The notes beneath the pieces are model-generated. The model was given only the letters and a program-made list of their open reading frames with translations. It was not told the origin of the DNA and made no database searches. A stretch of 62,641 nucleotides of DNA, counting the filler, from Chiloscyllium plagiosum (lineage: Eukaryota), in the NCBI RefSeq assembly GCF_004010195.1. It is 4 parts of one record of this genome, joined end to end, with 100 filler letters (N's around TTAATTAATTAA, not from the genome) between each part and the next. Parts side by side here need not be neighbours in the genome. Positions count along the whole stretch, not along the records: positions 1 to 17,733 come from NC_057713.1; 3 more parts are not named here. The stretch is one strand, 5' to 3'. The translations under genes and the position numbers were made by a program. Below are positions 1 to 13,894 of the stretch, one piece after another (positions within the stretch are counted from its first letter, which is position 1; every line of letters begins with the position of its first letter).

Positions 1-415
1 CCAATTGAACCTTCACGCTTCATCTTTACATAGGCCGCCCTCTTCCATTTAACAAGGGATTCCAATTCCTTATTAAACCACGGCTCCCTCATACGACCCT
101 TTCCTCCCTGCCTGACAGGTACATACTCAAGGACACTCAATAGTTGCTCCTTGAACAATCTCCACATATCAATTACGCCCTTGCCTTGAAGCCTACTTTT
201 CCAAGCCACGCATCCTAAGTCATGCCTCACCACACCATAATATCCCTGCCCCCAGCTATAACTCTTGCCCTGCAGTGCACACTTATCCCTCTCCATCACT
301 AGAGTAAAAGTCACCGAATTGTGGTCACTGTCCCCAAAGTGCTCACCTACCTCTAATTCTAACACCTGGCCTGGTTCATTACCCAGAACCAAATCCAGTA
401 TGGCCTCACCTCTTA
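1..415 (-). mobile_element. CR1-clade LINE fragment (C-terminal part of APE endonuclease)
   Basis: The minus strand translates to RGEAILDLVLGNEPGQVLELEVGEHFGDSDHNSV, the LDLVL...SDH signature of CR1 endonucleases. It runs off the window start. Confidence 0.85.
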
Positions 416-1350
416 GTTTTTGAGAAACATTGATCTTTTTCATAATTAACTGTGATTTTTTGAAAAATACAGGTAAAGGTTTTTTTGCGGAGCACGTTCA
501 AATTGCTTTTTCTTTCACACAAAACAAAGAGAAAAATTAACTGGAAGATTAAAAAAATGCAAAGATTAGCTGATGCTAAAAGGCTTAAATTTTGTAAGAC
601 ATCTTATATGGAGATAAGATAGTTGTATGTTACTTTGTTCTCAAAATTAAATATTTACACATCAATTTGCAGAGCACTGGAGCCCAGTCAAAACCTCAGT
701 TTTCTTATATCCTAAATACAATTGGTATGCATTGCCTTAGCGAGGGTTACAAAAGTTGACAAATCCAACTACAATAAATGTTACTTACTTGGGGAATTTG
801 TTATGTGTAATTTAACAGCAAGAAGAGCTTTGAGGGTCATGGTTCCTTACAGAAATGTCCATGAATAAACTTACATTCTGTGATGAACTTGCCCAGTTTC
901 AACAACCTTTCTATGCTCTGATGGAGTCAAGGCAGCCAATTGACTGAGGTGGCAGGGGCACAGGGAGAGGGAGTGAGTGGGTGTAACATGGAGTAGCAGT
1001 CATCTCTGCCAGTCCCTGCCCAGGGCTTGATGGCAACAGTCGAAGGTGATTTCTCAAGGGCTTGGAGCATTCAGTAATCCAGGCTATGGGATGAAAAACA
1101 CACCCGTATTACCCTAGAAGGTGTGAAAACTGGTCCTGTTATCCCAAAGTTGAAGGAAGTGTGGCAAAGCTGAAATAAAACAAAGAAACAAAGTTTGGAT
1201 TCAAGAGATACACTTTGTGGCTTTCTATTTGTTAGACAACAAAAAGAACAGAGATTTGGGCTCTTGTTGAGATATACCTTGAAGTGTATTTGCAACACAA
1301 TTGTTTATACAATACAATATTGCAGACTTATTTACATAGAGGCATAGTGG

Positions 1351-3740
1351 CATAGAATCATACAGTGCAGCAAAGCACATTGGCCCATCAAATCTGTACT
1401 GACATAACTACCATTAAAGGCGCTTATCCCAATTTCCTGAACTTATCCAGTATCCTTGAATGTTATGGTATTTCAGTTGCTCATCCAAACATTTTTTAAA
1501 AGTCGTAAGAATTCTGGCCTCCACTACCTTTCCAGGCAGTGCGTTATGAACCCAGTTTCTGATCCATCTCACCATGCTTCCTACAATTCCATGTGCTTTA
1601 ACCTTTTCAATCAGTCTGGGAACTTTGTCAAAAGCTTTGCTTTAATCCATATGAACTACATCAATTGAACTTCCCTCATCCACACATTTTATCACATTTT
1701 TGAAAAATTCTAACAGATTTGTTAGGCATGATTTCCCTTTGACAAAACCATTCTGACTATCCCTAATTAACCCATGCCTTTCAAGTGGATATTAATTTTC
1801 TCCTTCAGAATTTTCTCCCAATAGTTTGACACAAAGAGCTATAATTTCCTAGTTTTATCTCTACCATCCTTCTTGAAAAGTGGAACCATATTAGCCATCC
1901 TTAAGTCCTCTGGCACTTGCCGCTTGGCCAGAGAGGATTTAAGAATTTGTGTCAGAGCCCCTGCAATTTCCTGCCTCACCTCCCACAGCTGTTGGGATGC
2001 AATTCATCTGGGCCTGGAGATTTATCTGTTTTTAAGGCCAACAGAGCCTTCAATATTTCCCCTTTTCCTGTGTCTAACTGTGCAAGTTCCTCACAGTTGC
2101 GTTTTCCTGAATTCTGTACTTATATTCTCCTTTTCCAGAATGAAGATGAAAGTGAAGTATTCATTTAACATACTTCCAATCTCCTGCAGCTTCACACACA
2201 AGTTGCCATCTTTGTCCCTAATGGGCCCTACTCTTTCCCTGGTTAACCTCTTCCTTTTAATATATTATAAAGTACCGTAGGATTCTCCTTAATCCTATTT
2301 GCAAGTCCTTTCTCATGACTCCTACGACTCCCTTAAGTTCCCCCTTGCACTGCCTAAATTCCTCTAGGTCCGTAGCTGAATTGCCCCCTTTGGACTTTCT
2401 AAAAGCCTTTTTCATCTTCCTCATCTAGTCCTGAATTGTCCTGCATATCCCTGAACTTATTGCTGCTACATTTCCCCAAAAGGTACATATTGGACCTGTA
2501 CTCTTCCCAGCTCCTTTTTGAATGCCACCCACTGCTCTGCCATAGACTTACCTGCAAGGAAAGGTTCGCAGTCTACTTTGGACAGATCCTGCTTTATTTT
2601 ACTAGAATCTGCCTTCTCCCCAGGCCAGAGCCATCTTTTGCAGGCTATTATTTTCCTTGTCCAGAACAATTTTGAACCGGACGGTGTTGTGGTCACTATT
2701 GCTAAAATGGACTGCTTCTACTTCATCGAACACTTCTCCAGCTTTGTTCCCCAGAACCAGATGCAGCACCATGCCAATGCTTGTTGGGCCTTCTACATAT
2801 TGATACAAAAAAAACTCTGCTGGATACATGTCAAGAAATCCACCCCCTCTAAACCCTTAACACTATCTCAGTGAAAGGTGAAATCCCTTAGTATAATTAC
2901 CCAATTATTACTCATTCATGCCCCTGTGAACTGTCTACATATTTATTCCTCTATTTCCCACTGACTCTTTGGGGGCCTATAGTACACTCCCCGTAAAGTT
3001 GCTGCCCTTTTAACATTCCTAAGTAATTCCACAAAAGCATCTTTTGAGGACCCTCCCAAAATATTCTCTCCTTATTGCAGTAATTGACTCATTAATTAAT
3101 AGTGCTACACCATCATCCGTTTTGCACCCTCTTTTATCTCACCTAAAGATCCTATAGCCTGGAATGTTAAGTTGCCAGTTCAACCTTCCCTCAACTATGT
3201 TTCTGTGATGCCAACAATGTCAAACTTCCATGTATCAACCCACGCCTTTAACTCATCAGTCTTACCCATTAGACTCCTAGCATTAAAGTAAAGACCATTC
3301 AGCCTTGCCTTACTCGCTTGACACTCAATGTATTTGAGCTCACTCTGACTTGTTTCCTTTGCTGAAGCTCTATTTCATCAATTTTCTGTGTCCCCTCCTC
3401 ATACCAGACTAAATTCCTCCCAACAGCACCAGCAAAGCTACCTGCAAGGATGTTGGTCCCAATATGGTTCAGGTGCAAACCGTCTTGATTAGATATGTCC
3501 TACCTTCTCCAAAAATGGTCCCAGTGATCCAGGAATCCCCTCGCACTAACTCCTGAGCAACTCATTCATCTGTCCTATTCTCCTATTTCTAAACCCACGA
3601 GCACATGGCTGTAGGAGTAATCCAGAGATTACGACCATTGAGGTTGCCTTGGAAACCCAGAGCTTTAACTTCTGCAGCTGGGATCACTTTTTGCACATCT
3701 GGTCATCTGGTACGCTGGCAGCGTCCAGGCCTTCCCCCCA
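1351..3740 (-). mobile_element. Decayed CR1-clade LINE (endonuclease, RT N-terminus and 3' tail, with internal deletion)
   Basis: ORF 2602-2829(-) contains LHLVLGNKAGEV...SDHNTVRF. The RT-start motifs (PGPD, HGFVKGKSCLTNL-like) lie near 1700-2020. A LINE-type 3' tail (catagaatcatacagtg) is at about 1351. Confidence 0.75.
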
Positions 3741-3889
3741 CATATCCTTTATGATGTTACTGTACTTTACATAGACATAACTGACTAACTGAAGACATTA
3801 CATTGACACCATTACACAGAAAGATTGGCTGTTGGCGAGTTGGGTGACTTTATACCAGAGCATCACATGTTGTCATGTGAAAGTTACAG

Positions 3890-4120
3890 AGTTGAAAAGT
3901 GTGGTGCTGGAAAAACAGAGCAGGCCAGGCAGCATCCGAGGAGCAGGAGAATCGACGTTTCGGGCATAAGCCCTTCTTCAGGAAGCCCTTCTTTCCTGAA
4001 GAAGGACTTATACCCGAAATGTCGATTCTCCTGCTCCTCGGATGCTGCCTGGCCTGCTGTATTTTTCCAGCACCACACTTTTCAACTCTGGTCTCCAGCA
4101 TCTGCAGTCCTCACTTTCTC
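3890..4120 (+). mobile_element. Palindromic PLE terminal-repeat mini-element, family A, with a hammerhead motif on each arm
   Basis: Two inverted arms of about 95 bp. TSD catgtgaaagttacag at 3874-3889 and 4121-4136. The plus arm reads cctgaaga-a-ggac-ttat-accc-gaaatgtc and the minus arm cctgaaga-a-gggc-ttat-gccc-gaaacgtc. The same sequence ends the GIY-YIG element at 27129-27253. Confidence 0.85.
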
Positions 4121-5341
4121 CATGTGAAAGTTACAGGCCTGTCTGGTCTGGAATGTATGCAACATCTCCCAATTTCTCTTTAAAGAATATGAAATGTTTT
4201 TCCAAAAAAGAAAGAACAAGAAAGAAAGATTCATGTTGCAACCACATAATGATGATGATACAAAAGCAAGTAAGGTAATAGTGGGTAATATCCAGTGATC
4301 ATGTAAATGATTCGCAGCGTATGCAGAATTTTGAAATTGTCTTAGACAATTAGGGCAGAGTATTCTGAATTTTTCTGTCCAATTTTCACAATTTTCTCTG
4401 ATGCTTCATTTTCAAGAAACTGTGAGACAACTCAGGTGGGCAGCATTGTGACACTTTATACTTCTGTTTTGCTCTGACCAGACTTTAAAATCATAGGGTG
4501 GCAGTAAGCATAGGATGTAATGTGACTCTGGCACTTGCACATTCTAACCATCTAAACCATACAATGGATAGATCGGTTTCTGTAGCACAGTGCACTCTTG
4601 GTACTGAAACTGCTATTATTAACTGATTACTGTAGGTGGCCAATGGCAAGGGAATGTATTGCGAGTTGAGGCAAGAGGTAATGAAATGAAACAGTCTAGA
4701 AAATGGCCCAGATTTAGCACTCCAATTGCCAGGAGAACAGCTGGAAGAATTTCTTTTGCTTTTGTAGGAGGATGTAAGAATGTACTCCTGAACTACCACT
4801 TGTAGTAGCATACTATGTACAGCTCCATTCATTTGAAACACATAACCCAGAATGGATTAGGACTAAAAGGCAACAATTGAAACTATTGTAACTGTAAATG
4901 TTTGGAGGGGAGAAGAAGGAACTACCACATGTCATTTGTATCCTTTTATTTGAGAAATGCATGCAGTTGAAAACAAACATCTGAAACATCTATGAAAGCT
5001 ACCTGGAATGATATAGCATGGAAGGCTTCTCTTTCAGTTTTTCTTGTTGAAGCAACTAGAGAATAAATTTCCATGGGAGTTCTGCCAATTGTCTGCATAA
5101 TTTCAGCAGAATAGCTGCAGTAAGTCCAGGTGATTCTTTCATGCTGCTTTCCTGAGATATTCATCATTCTTCTGCTGAGGGTGTGATGGATGAATGGGAA
5201 ATTCACCACCCCACCTCCCCTAACCTCACCCAAAGAAAATTTACATCCTCTCCACCCAACTAACACCCTCGAAACCCTTGCACTCACTACTTCTCCAATA
5301 ACAGAGCTAAGATCATGAACTTGCATGATTTAATTGATCAA

Positions 5342-5615
5342 TGGATGTAGGTTTGCTCACTGACTGGAAGGTTCATTTTCAGATGTTTCGTCACCATACT
5401 AGGTAACATCTTCAGTGAGCCTCCGGACGAAGCATTGCTGGTGTTTCTTGCGTTCTATTTATAGGTTTGGGTGAAAGCAGGAAACACCAGCAGTGCTCCG
5501 TCTGGAGGCTCACTGAAGATGTTACCTAGTATGGTGACGAAATGTCGGAAGGTGAACCTTCCAGCTCAACAAGCAAATTTACATCCAGAACCTCAACCCA
5601 AACTACAAATCTTCT
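5342..5615 (+). mobile_element. Palindromic PLE terminal-repeat mini-element, family C, with a hammerhead motif on each arm
   Basis: Inverted arms at about 5342-5455 and 5473-5587. CTGAAGA-t-gttacc-tagtat-ggtgac-GAAA-tGTC at 5513-5546, mirrored on the minus strand at about 5380-5416. No clear TSD. Confidence 0.75.
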
Positions 5616-7174
5616 GCTTCTCAGAAAAATATATGCTGTCAATCAAATCAAATCCTTATCTCTTGCTGCATTTTGAACAAGCTATTCAAACTTATAACAT
5701 CCACTTTATTTTTGCTTTTGAGATAATTGATCACTAGGACAATTGAAACTCATGTTTTACTTTTTGAGACGTTATATTTGTGGAGCATCATAAATGACTT
5801 TGCGTTTGTGCACAGATCAGAGAGGAATAGACTGAACAATTCTCCAATGCTAAAAGCCTATTTTCTTCAGTCACGGTGAAGGTCATGCATGGAAACAGCA
5901 TAAGAGCATTCATATGTTTCTTTGTTATAGATATAAAATATTTATGAATTAATTTGCAGCACACTAGTACTCGGTCAAATCTTCGACGCCCTAATATCCG
6001 AAGTACAATTAGCTTACATTGTCTGTGGAAGCACGACAATCACCTGGCAAATCTAAAAAAAAAATTGCTTCCAAGGAGAATCTGGTTCATGCTGGGCACT
6101 GAAGTAAATACAGATTTGAGACAAGGTCATTGGCCTAATCCATTAATGCAATATTTCTCTCACCATTGATGCTGACTGACCAGCTGAATGTTCTCAACAT
6201 TTCCTACATTTTAGTCAAATGAAAAAGCATTGTCTTTATATGATATTGCATATGCAAACTTTTTTTTATTTTTTAAACAATAAAAGTTTAACTTGTAACC
6301 ACCAAGGCAACAATTTTGAGCTCATACCTCTACTTTCCAAGTGTGGTAATAGAGACTATGGGACTACAATTATTAATCATTTCATTTATTACCCCAGGTC
6401 AAACAAAACTGTGACCTACCAAGATCTAAATGTTCATTCCTGGAAGTGCAAACACAGGAACTTTCCCAATCCTGAAAGCCTGACAATGGAGAAACTTCTC
6501 CCAAGTTTTTGGAGTTTCAGTCTATGGAAGAGCAAGTGTTAACAGAAGGCAGGTCTGCCAACTCCAAAATAGTGCAGCGGCAGCAACAGTAAGGGCCAGG
6601 TTTGGAGTTGAGCTGTTTAAAAGGCCCAGCTCAGAATTCCAGGACTTTATCCTAGTTATTAAAAAAAACAGTAAAACCTCACACCCCCAACACTTCCCAT
6701 GCCTCATCCTTCCAAGTCACACCACCTCATGCTTGTCATCTACTTCTCATGATCCTTCATTTAGTTCACACCATTCAATGTCCTTTAGTATGTTTGGTGC
6801 AGACAGAAACATTACTAAGTGCCTCTAGAGTGATATTGCAATCAATATCTTCATAAGTATAAAATCATTAAGTGACTTAATCTTGCACTTACATATTTTA
6901 ATTTGTAATAGTAGTGTTTCATTCTCTGCTAATGCTGAGCGTAGATGCACACTTAATTGTTTCAAAGCCGTTCTTAAACGTTTACTGCCCTTTTTCATTG
7001 AAAGGCCATGCATGGTTATTTCACTGGAATCTGTCTTGGAGTGTGTCCTGAGATTAGCTGTAATCCAACATCCAATCAGCCCTCCATTTACACACTGCTT
7101 CAGGTCCAGAATAAGATCACGTCACCACTTCCTCGAGGTTTAAGAGTACGTTACCAGAAGGATCTTAGTTTGGG

Positions 7175-7725
7175 GAAGGCAATGGACGAGTGGTCTTATT
7201 GGTGGGCTAGTAATCAGAGACTCAGGTTTGAATTCCACCATGGCAGATGGTGGAATTTGAATTCAGGAAAAACATAAAATTAAAAGTAAAATGATAATCG
7301 TGAAACCATTGTTAATTATCGTTAAAACTGATCTGGTTCACAACTGTCCTTTAGTGAAGGGAACTACTGTCCTTATCTAGTCTGAATGTGACTCCAGACC
7401 CACAGCGTTGTGGTTAACATTTGCCTGCCCTTTCAAATGGCTGAACAAGCCATTCAGTTGTACCAACTTCTAGAAGTGGAAAAAAAGGAATGAAAATGGA
7501 AGACAACCTGGTATCAAATAAGACACCAGAAAAAACAAAAGCAAACAGAGCCCCGTCAACCTTGCAAAGTTCTACTTACTAACACTTGGGGGCTAATGCC
7601 AAATTGGGAGAGATGTCTTACTCATCAGGTAATAGCCTGAATGTAGTCACACTTTACTGTATTATACCTTACACATTTGGTTCCAGCCAACACAATCACA
7701 ATTCTGGGGTATGTCCTGCCCCCCT
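7175..7725 (+). mobile_element. 5' end of a non-LTR element with a tRNA-like (Pol III A/B box) head followed by a decayed APE endonuclease start
   Basis: A-box-like tggacgagtgg at 7183-7193 and B-box-like ggtttgaattcc at 7225-7236. A downstream frameshifted translation reads NTWGLMP.LGEMS...ITILGYVL. A related head fragment lies at about 35190-35345. Confidence 0.45.
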
Positions 7726-9986
7726 CCCTTAGCTCATAAATCAAAGCTCCTCCAATGTTGATAATACTATAAATGAATAAAAGAATAACATTGGACTTAA
7801 GATAACGTAAATGTAGGCTTTTCGCTAAAGCACAAAAGTCACCACAACATCGCTTCAAGTACCCATTTTTCATGTGGGTTTATCGGCATCGGGTGCTAGT
7901 ACATTAAGCAATTATGAAGGATACTACTGAAACTGTGCTCCTGTCTTCATGTGATATCTGCAAACATACTTTTTAGCAACAATCACTGAATATGATCAGG
8001 AGTGGGTTACTTTTCCTTTCTCTAATCCAAACTGTTACATTACCACCATTGCCAGAGATTAACTAACTCAAAACAGTCCAGGAATGGAACATTTACTGTC
8101 CACATGAATCAATGTTACCTGAACTTACCAAGTGAGTTTTGGAAAATGCCCTGAACCCATTTTAATCATTCAGTTATTTTACGCAGTTGTTTAATTTGTA
8201 AAGCAAATACTTTAGTTGATGGTGCATTATTTTAATTAAAAATAATCTAGCAAACCTTTGTTTCTTGGCTGAGAGAAAAGACTATCCTGCTTTTGTCAAA
8301 CTGTAATTTAAACAGTGAGTCAATTATTATTTCAGGGGCTTGTTTTCCTAGCTCTATAATAAGAAATAAACAGTTGCATGTGAATATGATGCTTTAATGT
8401 ATGTTACTCAGATTGACATAATGAAACATCATGTGCAAAAAACATTTAGAATTCGTAATCTGGTATTGTTCAGAAGTAACAGATGAACTCTCATTGGTTA
8501 CCATGGCAAAACCAACATTAGAAGTAAATCTTCGGTTGTACTATTTACTCATTCCATTTTGCGCTCATTGGTTTGATGCAAGTTCCAAGTGAAAGTGCCA
8601 AATTCTCCATACAGTGCTTTCAAATTCAGTGCATATCTATTGAAACATATGTCTGTCATCTGATTCTTTCTGGACTAGAACCTTGCAGCTTGATTACACC
8701 CAAAATGAACACAAAACGGCTAGGGCATCTGCATTACTCGCTGCTTGTACTGGGCTGAGACCCAAGCAAAATTGGATCACATTAATCAGCAAGCTCATCA
8801 GAAGGAGAGGGTAAATTATTCCAGGGTTTGCAAGGGAATGATTAAAGATGCCGATAGGTTGTCCAAAGGAATTGGATGGAACAGCACTACTATTTCCACT
8901 GCACTAACTTAAATCACGACTGAAAATCTATTGGCACCTTACAGACCAGCACACAGCAGTCCTTAAGTAGATCCTTAGACACTCAAACTGTGATAGAATG
9001 GAGAATGGGAAGCTCAGATTCCTCCATTTACATCAGAACATCACTTTGTAATCCCAGTGTTGGTTTACAACCATAATTTACTATTTTATAGGATGTCATG
9101 ACTGTTTTGGGTTGGCGGGCTAGACAACTCAAAGTCACCCAAGCCTTTAACACACACCTCAGTTCTGATTTGGCATGACATGTAATGAGAAGGCCAAAAG
9201 CCTACCTTCCAACAGTGAAATGGAGCGTTACAAATTGAATTTCTCACATTTGTTCCTAGTTTTAATTAATAACCCATGAGAATTGTCAGAATGCTAGCCA
9301 TCAAGACGAGTGGATTTTAATGTTTGGGGGAAAACAGTTGAATTCATGGAGTGCAAGTTTTAAAACACTGATTAAAAACCCTGTCTTCACCAAATTTCAT
9401 GTGTGTTAAGCTTGAGAAATGCAAGTCAAATCATTTCCCAATTTCAAAACCAAAGCCTGCCACCTTTCTTCATACCTGCCACAATTAAGACTGTTGGAGA
9501 AATGGACAGGCCATGTTCAGGTTTTCTGAGTCCCGAGGCAGCTTCAGAGAAGTGCAAATTGATTAGAATGCCCACCTCAGTTCACTAAGACAGCAGTCCT
9601 GCTCCCCAACATAGTCTTCCACACATATCTTGTGTCCTCCATGCTCACCCAGGTACCCTGCTGTCTCATAGCTGCATTTCCCTTATATTCCCCATGCAGC
9701 CAGCAGGGTCCCTCATAACCTGATGCCCCATTACACTCTGAATGCACTCCATAGACATGCCATCTCTCAACATATACACACATGCACACACATAATCTCC
9801 ATTACAGTTCACCATGCGTACAGTCTTTAGATGTGGAGGAAAAAGTACATTTTCTACAATCTAACAGCAAGCTTGTCACACAGCTTAACATGTTAAAACT
9901 GTCAATAAAACTGTGAACACAATCTCTGGTAAGTTGTTCTTTAATTTTGAAACATAGTAAGGCATATATAAAAGTCCCCAGCTATC

Positions 9987-10830
9987 AAATAGAACATTGA
10001 ACAGTACAGCACAGTACAGGCCCTTCAGCCCTCGGTGTTGTGCCGACCTTCTATTCTATTGTAGGATCAGACTAACCTACATTCCTTTCATTGTACTAAC
10101 TTCCATGTGCATATCCAAGAGTCAGTTAAACGTCCCTAATGCATCTACTCTACTACCACGACTGACAGTGCATTCCACATACCCACCACTCTCTGAGTAA
10201 AAACCTATCTCTGACATCCCCCTAAACCTTCCTCCAATTACCTTAAAATTATACCCCCTTGTGATAGACATTTTTGCCATGGGAAAAAGTCTCTGGTCAT
10301 CCACTCTATCTATGTCTCTCAATATCTTGTACACCTTTATCAAGCCACCTCTCATCCTTCTTCACTCCAATGAGAAAAGCCCTAGCTCCCTCAACCTTTC
10401 TTCATAAGACAGCGCCCTCCAGTCCAGGCGACATCCTGGTAAATCTCCTCTGCACCCTCTCTAAAGTTCCCACTCTTTCCTATAATGAGGTGACCAGAAC
10501 TGAACATAGTTAAAAATCACACAACACCAGGTTATAGTCCAACAGGTTTAAATGGAAGCACACTCGCTTTCGGAGCACCACACCTTCATCAGGTGGTTGC
10601 TCCTGAGCGGCACTCCAAAAGCTAGGGTGCTTCCAATTAAATCTGTTGGACTATAACCTGGTGTTGTGTGATTTTTAACTTTGTACACCCCAGTTCCAAC
10701 ACCGGCATCTCCAAATCAGAACTGAACATAATATTCCAAGTGTGGTCTAACCAGGACTCTTTAGAGCTGCAGCATAATCTAGCAGCTCTTAACCTCAATC
10801 CCCTTGCTAATGCAAGCCAACACACCGTCA
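9987..10830 (-). mobile_element. CR1-clade LINE 3' end, interrupted by a family B element
   Basis: ORF 10122-10355(-) MRGGLIKVYKILRDIDRVD...TRGYNFKV is the typical CR1 ORF2 C-terminus. The 3' tail is at about 9990. Confidence 0.85.
10509..10716. mobile_element. Palindromic PLE-type terminal-repeat mini-element, family B
   Basis: Inverted arms begin gttaaaaatcacacaacaccaggttatagtccaacag. TSD cagaactgaacata at 10495-10508 and 10717-10730. The minus strand carries cac-CTGATGA...ctcc-GAAAGC. Confidence 0.8.
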
Positions 10831-12554
10831 ATGCTCAACATCGTGACAAATTTACATCTGCTGGACAGAACCCTATAATCAATCATTTACTTTGTCATGC
10901 AACATCTAGTAATGACATTTGTGACATTTGAAACCGTCAATCCATTAAACACTTATCTTTAACCAATTTCACAGCAGGCTCCAAGGCTCCTGAACTGTCA
11001 AACAAGGCTGTCAGAAAGCTTCCAAACCCAGCCAGCCTGATGCAGATACTGGTAAACAGGAAATACACATTTCCCCTTTGACTCTAAGTGGTAACCTAAG
11101 TGATTGGATGTGTCTTTGGGGTCACAATCCAACGCAAGGCTGTCTCAACCCACACAATAGTCATATGAAGTTGGTGTTGGACTGGGAAGGCACAGAAATT
11201 CAAAATTACAATGAGAAAATTAAAGTTTTTGCCATTCCTAACCGCTCCCACCTCCACAAGGAATGGAATGTATGGCTCTAGAAACAAGTTTAGAAGTGAA
11301 TAGATGCAGAGTGATCAAGCGAAAGGTTGTGGATGGAGAATCTGCTGGTTTCCTTTTGCCCCACATTAAACCTGAGCGGAAGGCTTGCACCAAGAGCCAA
11401 GCTGAAGACCTTAATTAGACACTGAAGCATCTCATTCCGCTGCCACAGGCACTTAGCAGGGGATTTGCCAACAGGGATTCAATCAAGAAAGCCTTGATGG
11501 ATTTTCTAAGACATTCTTGGGTGTCTGGTGTTCAAAGGCTCAGTGTACCTGAGTAGGGGAGCTGGCATCAGGAGGAAGGAGCCTGCAGAAGCCCCCTGCT
11601 GCTCTATCAGCCACCTGCTGTTCAATCTGGTTCAGTGCCATCCCTCCTTGGGACTCCCATTCCACCCATACTTACCCATCTCTAAAGGATCCATTGCCAA
11701 AGGCCCAGATCTGATAGGCAGGTAATGCTCAGGGATGGACTATCCAAAGTAGAACGTGCAGAGTTCAGCAGATTTCCCGGTGCATATTAGGACCGTTATT
11801 CTGTTGGCACTCTGATTAGGTTTATAGGAATGGCACCAGGTCTCACTGGTGATAATATGCCCTGTCCCCCCACATCCACATTAAATTCCACTTTATAAGC
11901 AAATGACCTTGTTCATAGAAGACACAGGTCCTTTTCTTTGTTATAAGCAAGACCATTTTTTTTTTCAATTTTCAAAATGAAATCATATAATCCAAAACAA
12001 GAGTGGAAACTGTACAGATTTAAATTACTAAGTGTGAAATTTATCTTCATTGGCTGGAGAAATAGACTGGGATTGGATTAACCACACTTGATGTATTATT
12101 GTTTCTGATTCTATTTTCTCAATCCAGAAAACTTACATCACAGAAACAGGCCATTTGATTCAAGTAGTCCGTACTGGTTATTGAACTGCATCCCACAACT
12201 TCTCTCCATAAAATACAAACAGTACAAACCTATTTTTTCTCATGTTTATCAAACTTCCCTTGAATACATCTGTATGTTTCACCACAACTCCTCATTCTGT
12301 GAGCAAATTCCACATTCTTATCACTCTCTGGATAAGGAAGTTTGTCCTGGGTCCTATCTCAGATTTCTTAGACTCATATTATGATCCTTAACTTTGGTCA
12401 CCCCCTTCACATCCACCTTATTAAATCCTTTTGCAATTTAATAAACCTGTATCAGATCACTCATCGTTAAAAAAATAGTACATCTATTATGGGCCAAGTC
12501 TATTACTGCCTGATTTGTGTCACTACTAGTTGAACTCTCCCCCCCAATACGCAC

Positions 12555-12788
12555 TGAACTAATTCCAGACACCAGTATCCTGTCACCAAGTCACCCTTTA
12601 TTTACATGTACATAATATTTGACACTGGTCCGGCTTCCTCAGAGCCAACTTTTAGAGTGAACAGAACCTCTGACATTCCTATTTTTATCTGTCAGCCAGG
12701 ACTCCCTGATTGGGGCAGTTAACTTGGTCCAGTCAGGGAAATCATATTTTATGAGGTCCACCCGGCTGACCTTGTTACAATTACTACA
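12555..12788 (-). mobile_element. Probable solo LTR (Gypsy-type)
   Basis: The minus strand starts TGTAGTAA and ends TTCA, with an internal CCAAT, a TATA-like ataaaaatag and AATAAA. The flanks cgcac and cccac resemble a 5-bp TSD with one mismatch. Confidence 0.5.
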
Positions 12789-13894
12789 CCCACAACAACT
12801 CTGAACCAGTGGCCGCTCAATAATGGGTAAATTTGTTTAACCTATGACTGTTAGGCATGGAAATAATCAAAAAAATGTCGACTAGCTGCTGGCAATTAAC
12901 ATGCTTCAGAACTAGTTTAGATAGTCAACGGGTTTTATACTAACACTGATTCTGGCATCAGTAGGAAGACACATTCTTTTTTTTATTATGGCTTTAATGA
13001 TTTTGGCATTTAATGAGCACAAAATCAAAATTTCAGTTTTCATTTTGGATAACTACAATGGCCCCAATTTGCATACCCACATTCAGATTTCTTAGACGTA
13101 TCTAAGGTTGCATTTATTGTAGTTTGAGAAACATTAATGCTTCCTGAAAATGTCCTAATGAAAGGTCACAATCTGAAACATCAACTCTGTTTCTATCCTT
13201 ACAGAAGCTGAGTTTTCTTTGTTTTTATTTCAAATTTCCAGTGTTCAGGTTTGATTTTGGATTAGTCTACGAACTAAACCAATCCATTCTAATTAATTGG
13301 AAACAATGCATTGGGCCAGACTTCGCTGGAGGCATAAAACATTTTATTAGTGCATTTATGTCAAACAGCAAATTACATGAAAAAAATTCCAGAAAGTTAC
13401 AGTAAATGTAATTTATGTAATGCGTGTTTTCTGGAGTTGTACTGCATAATCAATGCACTGATGAAAATTAGACTCAAATAGTCCTATAATAATTAAAACA
13501 ATAGTGTGCTGCTTTTCAACTGAACATTAGCTGCCTATGATCTCTGTATATATGGGATCTTATTTTATAAGAATTGGTTATTTAATTAGAAAACTAAAAT
13601 TCATAGAAAAATGTCATAGAAAAATGTTTGGATAAGAATCAGATGGTTAAGGATTTTTCATTTTTTAATTTGTATCAAATTTTAACTTGTTCTTTGATAA
13701 CCAGAAACTATGGACTCTGTACTGAAAGATTCAATGACATTTTTTATTACAGTGCTTCCTTTTTAACCCAAGTGATGGGAAATTATGTTACTGATTAGTT
13801 ATTTCCCTTTTGTCACTTTACAGGGCTTTCTCAAGACACCTCCTGATAATAACTACAGTTATTAAATGACTTGGGAAAAATATCAGCCACAAGA

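Noticed and set aside
3825..4183. Mirror-image small ORFs on both strands (MWCWKN..., also at 28776-29015)
   Set aside because: These are by-products of the palindromic mini-elements, with no coding evidence.
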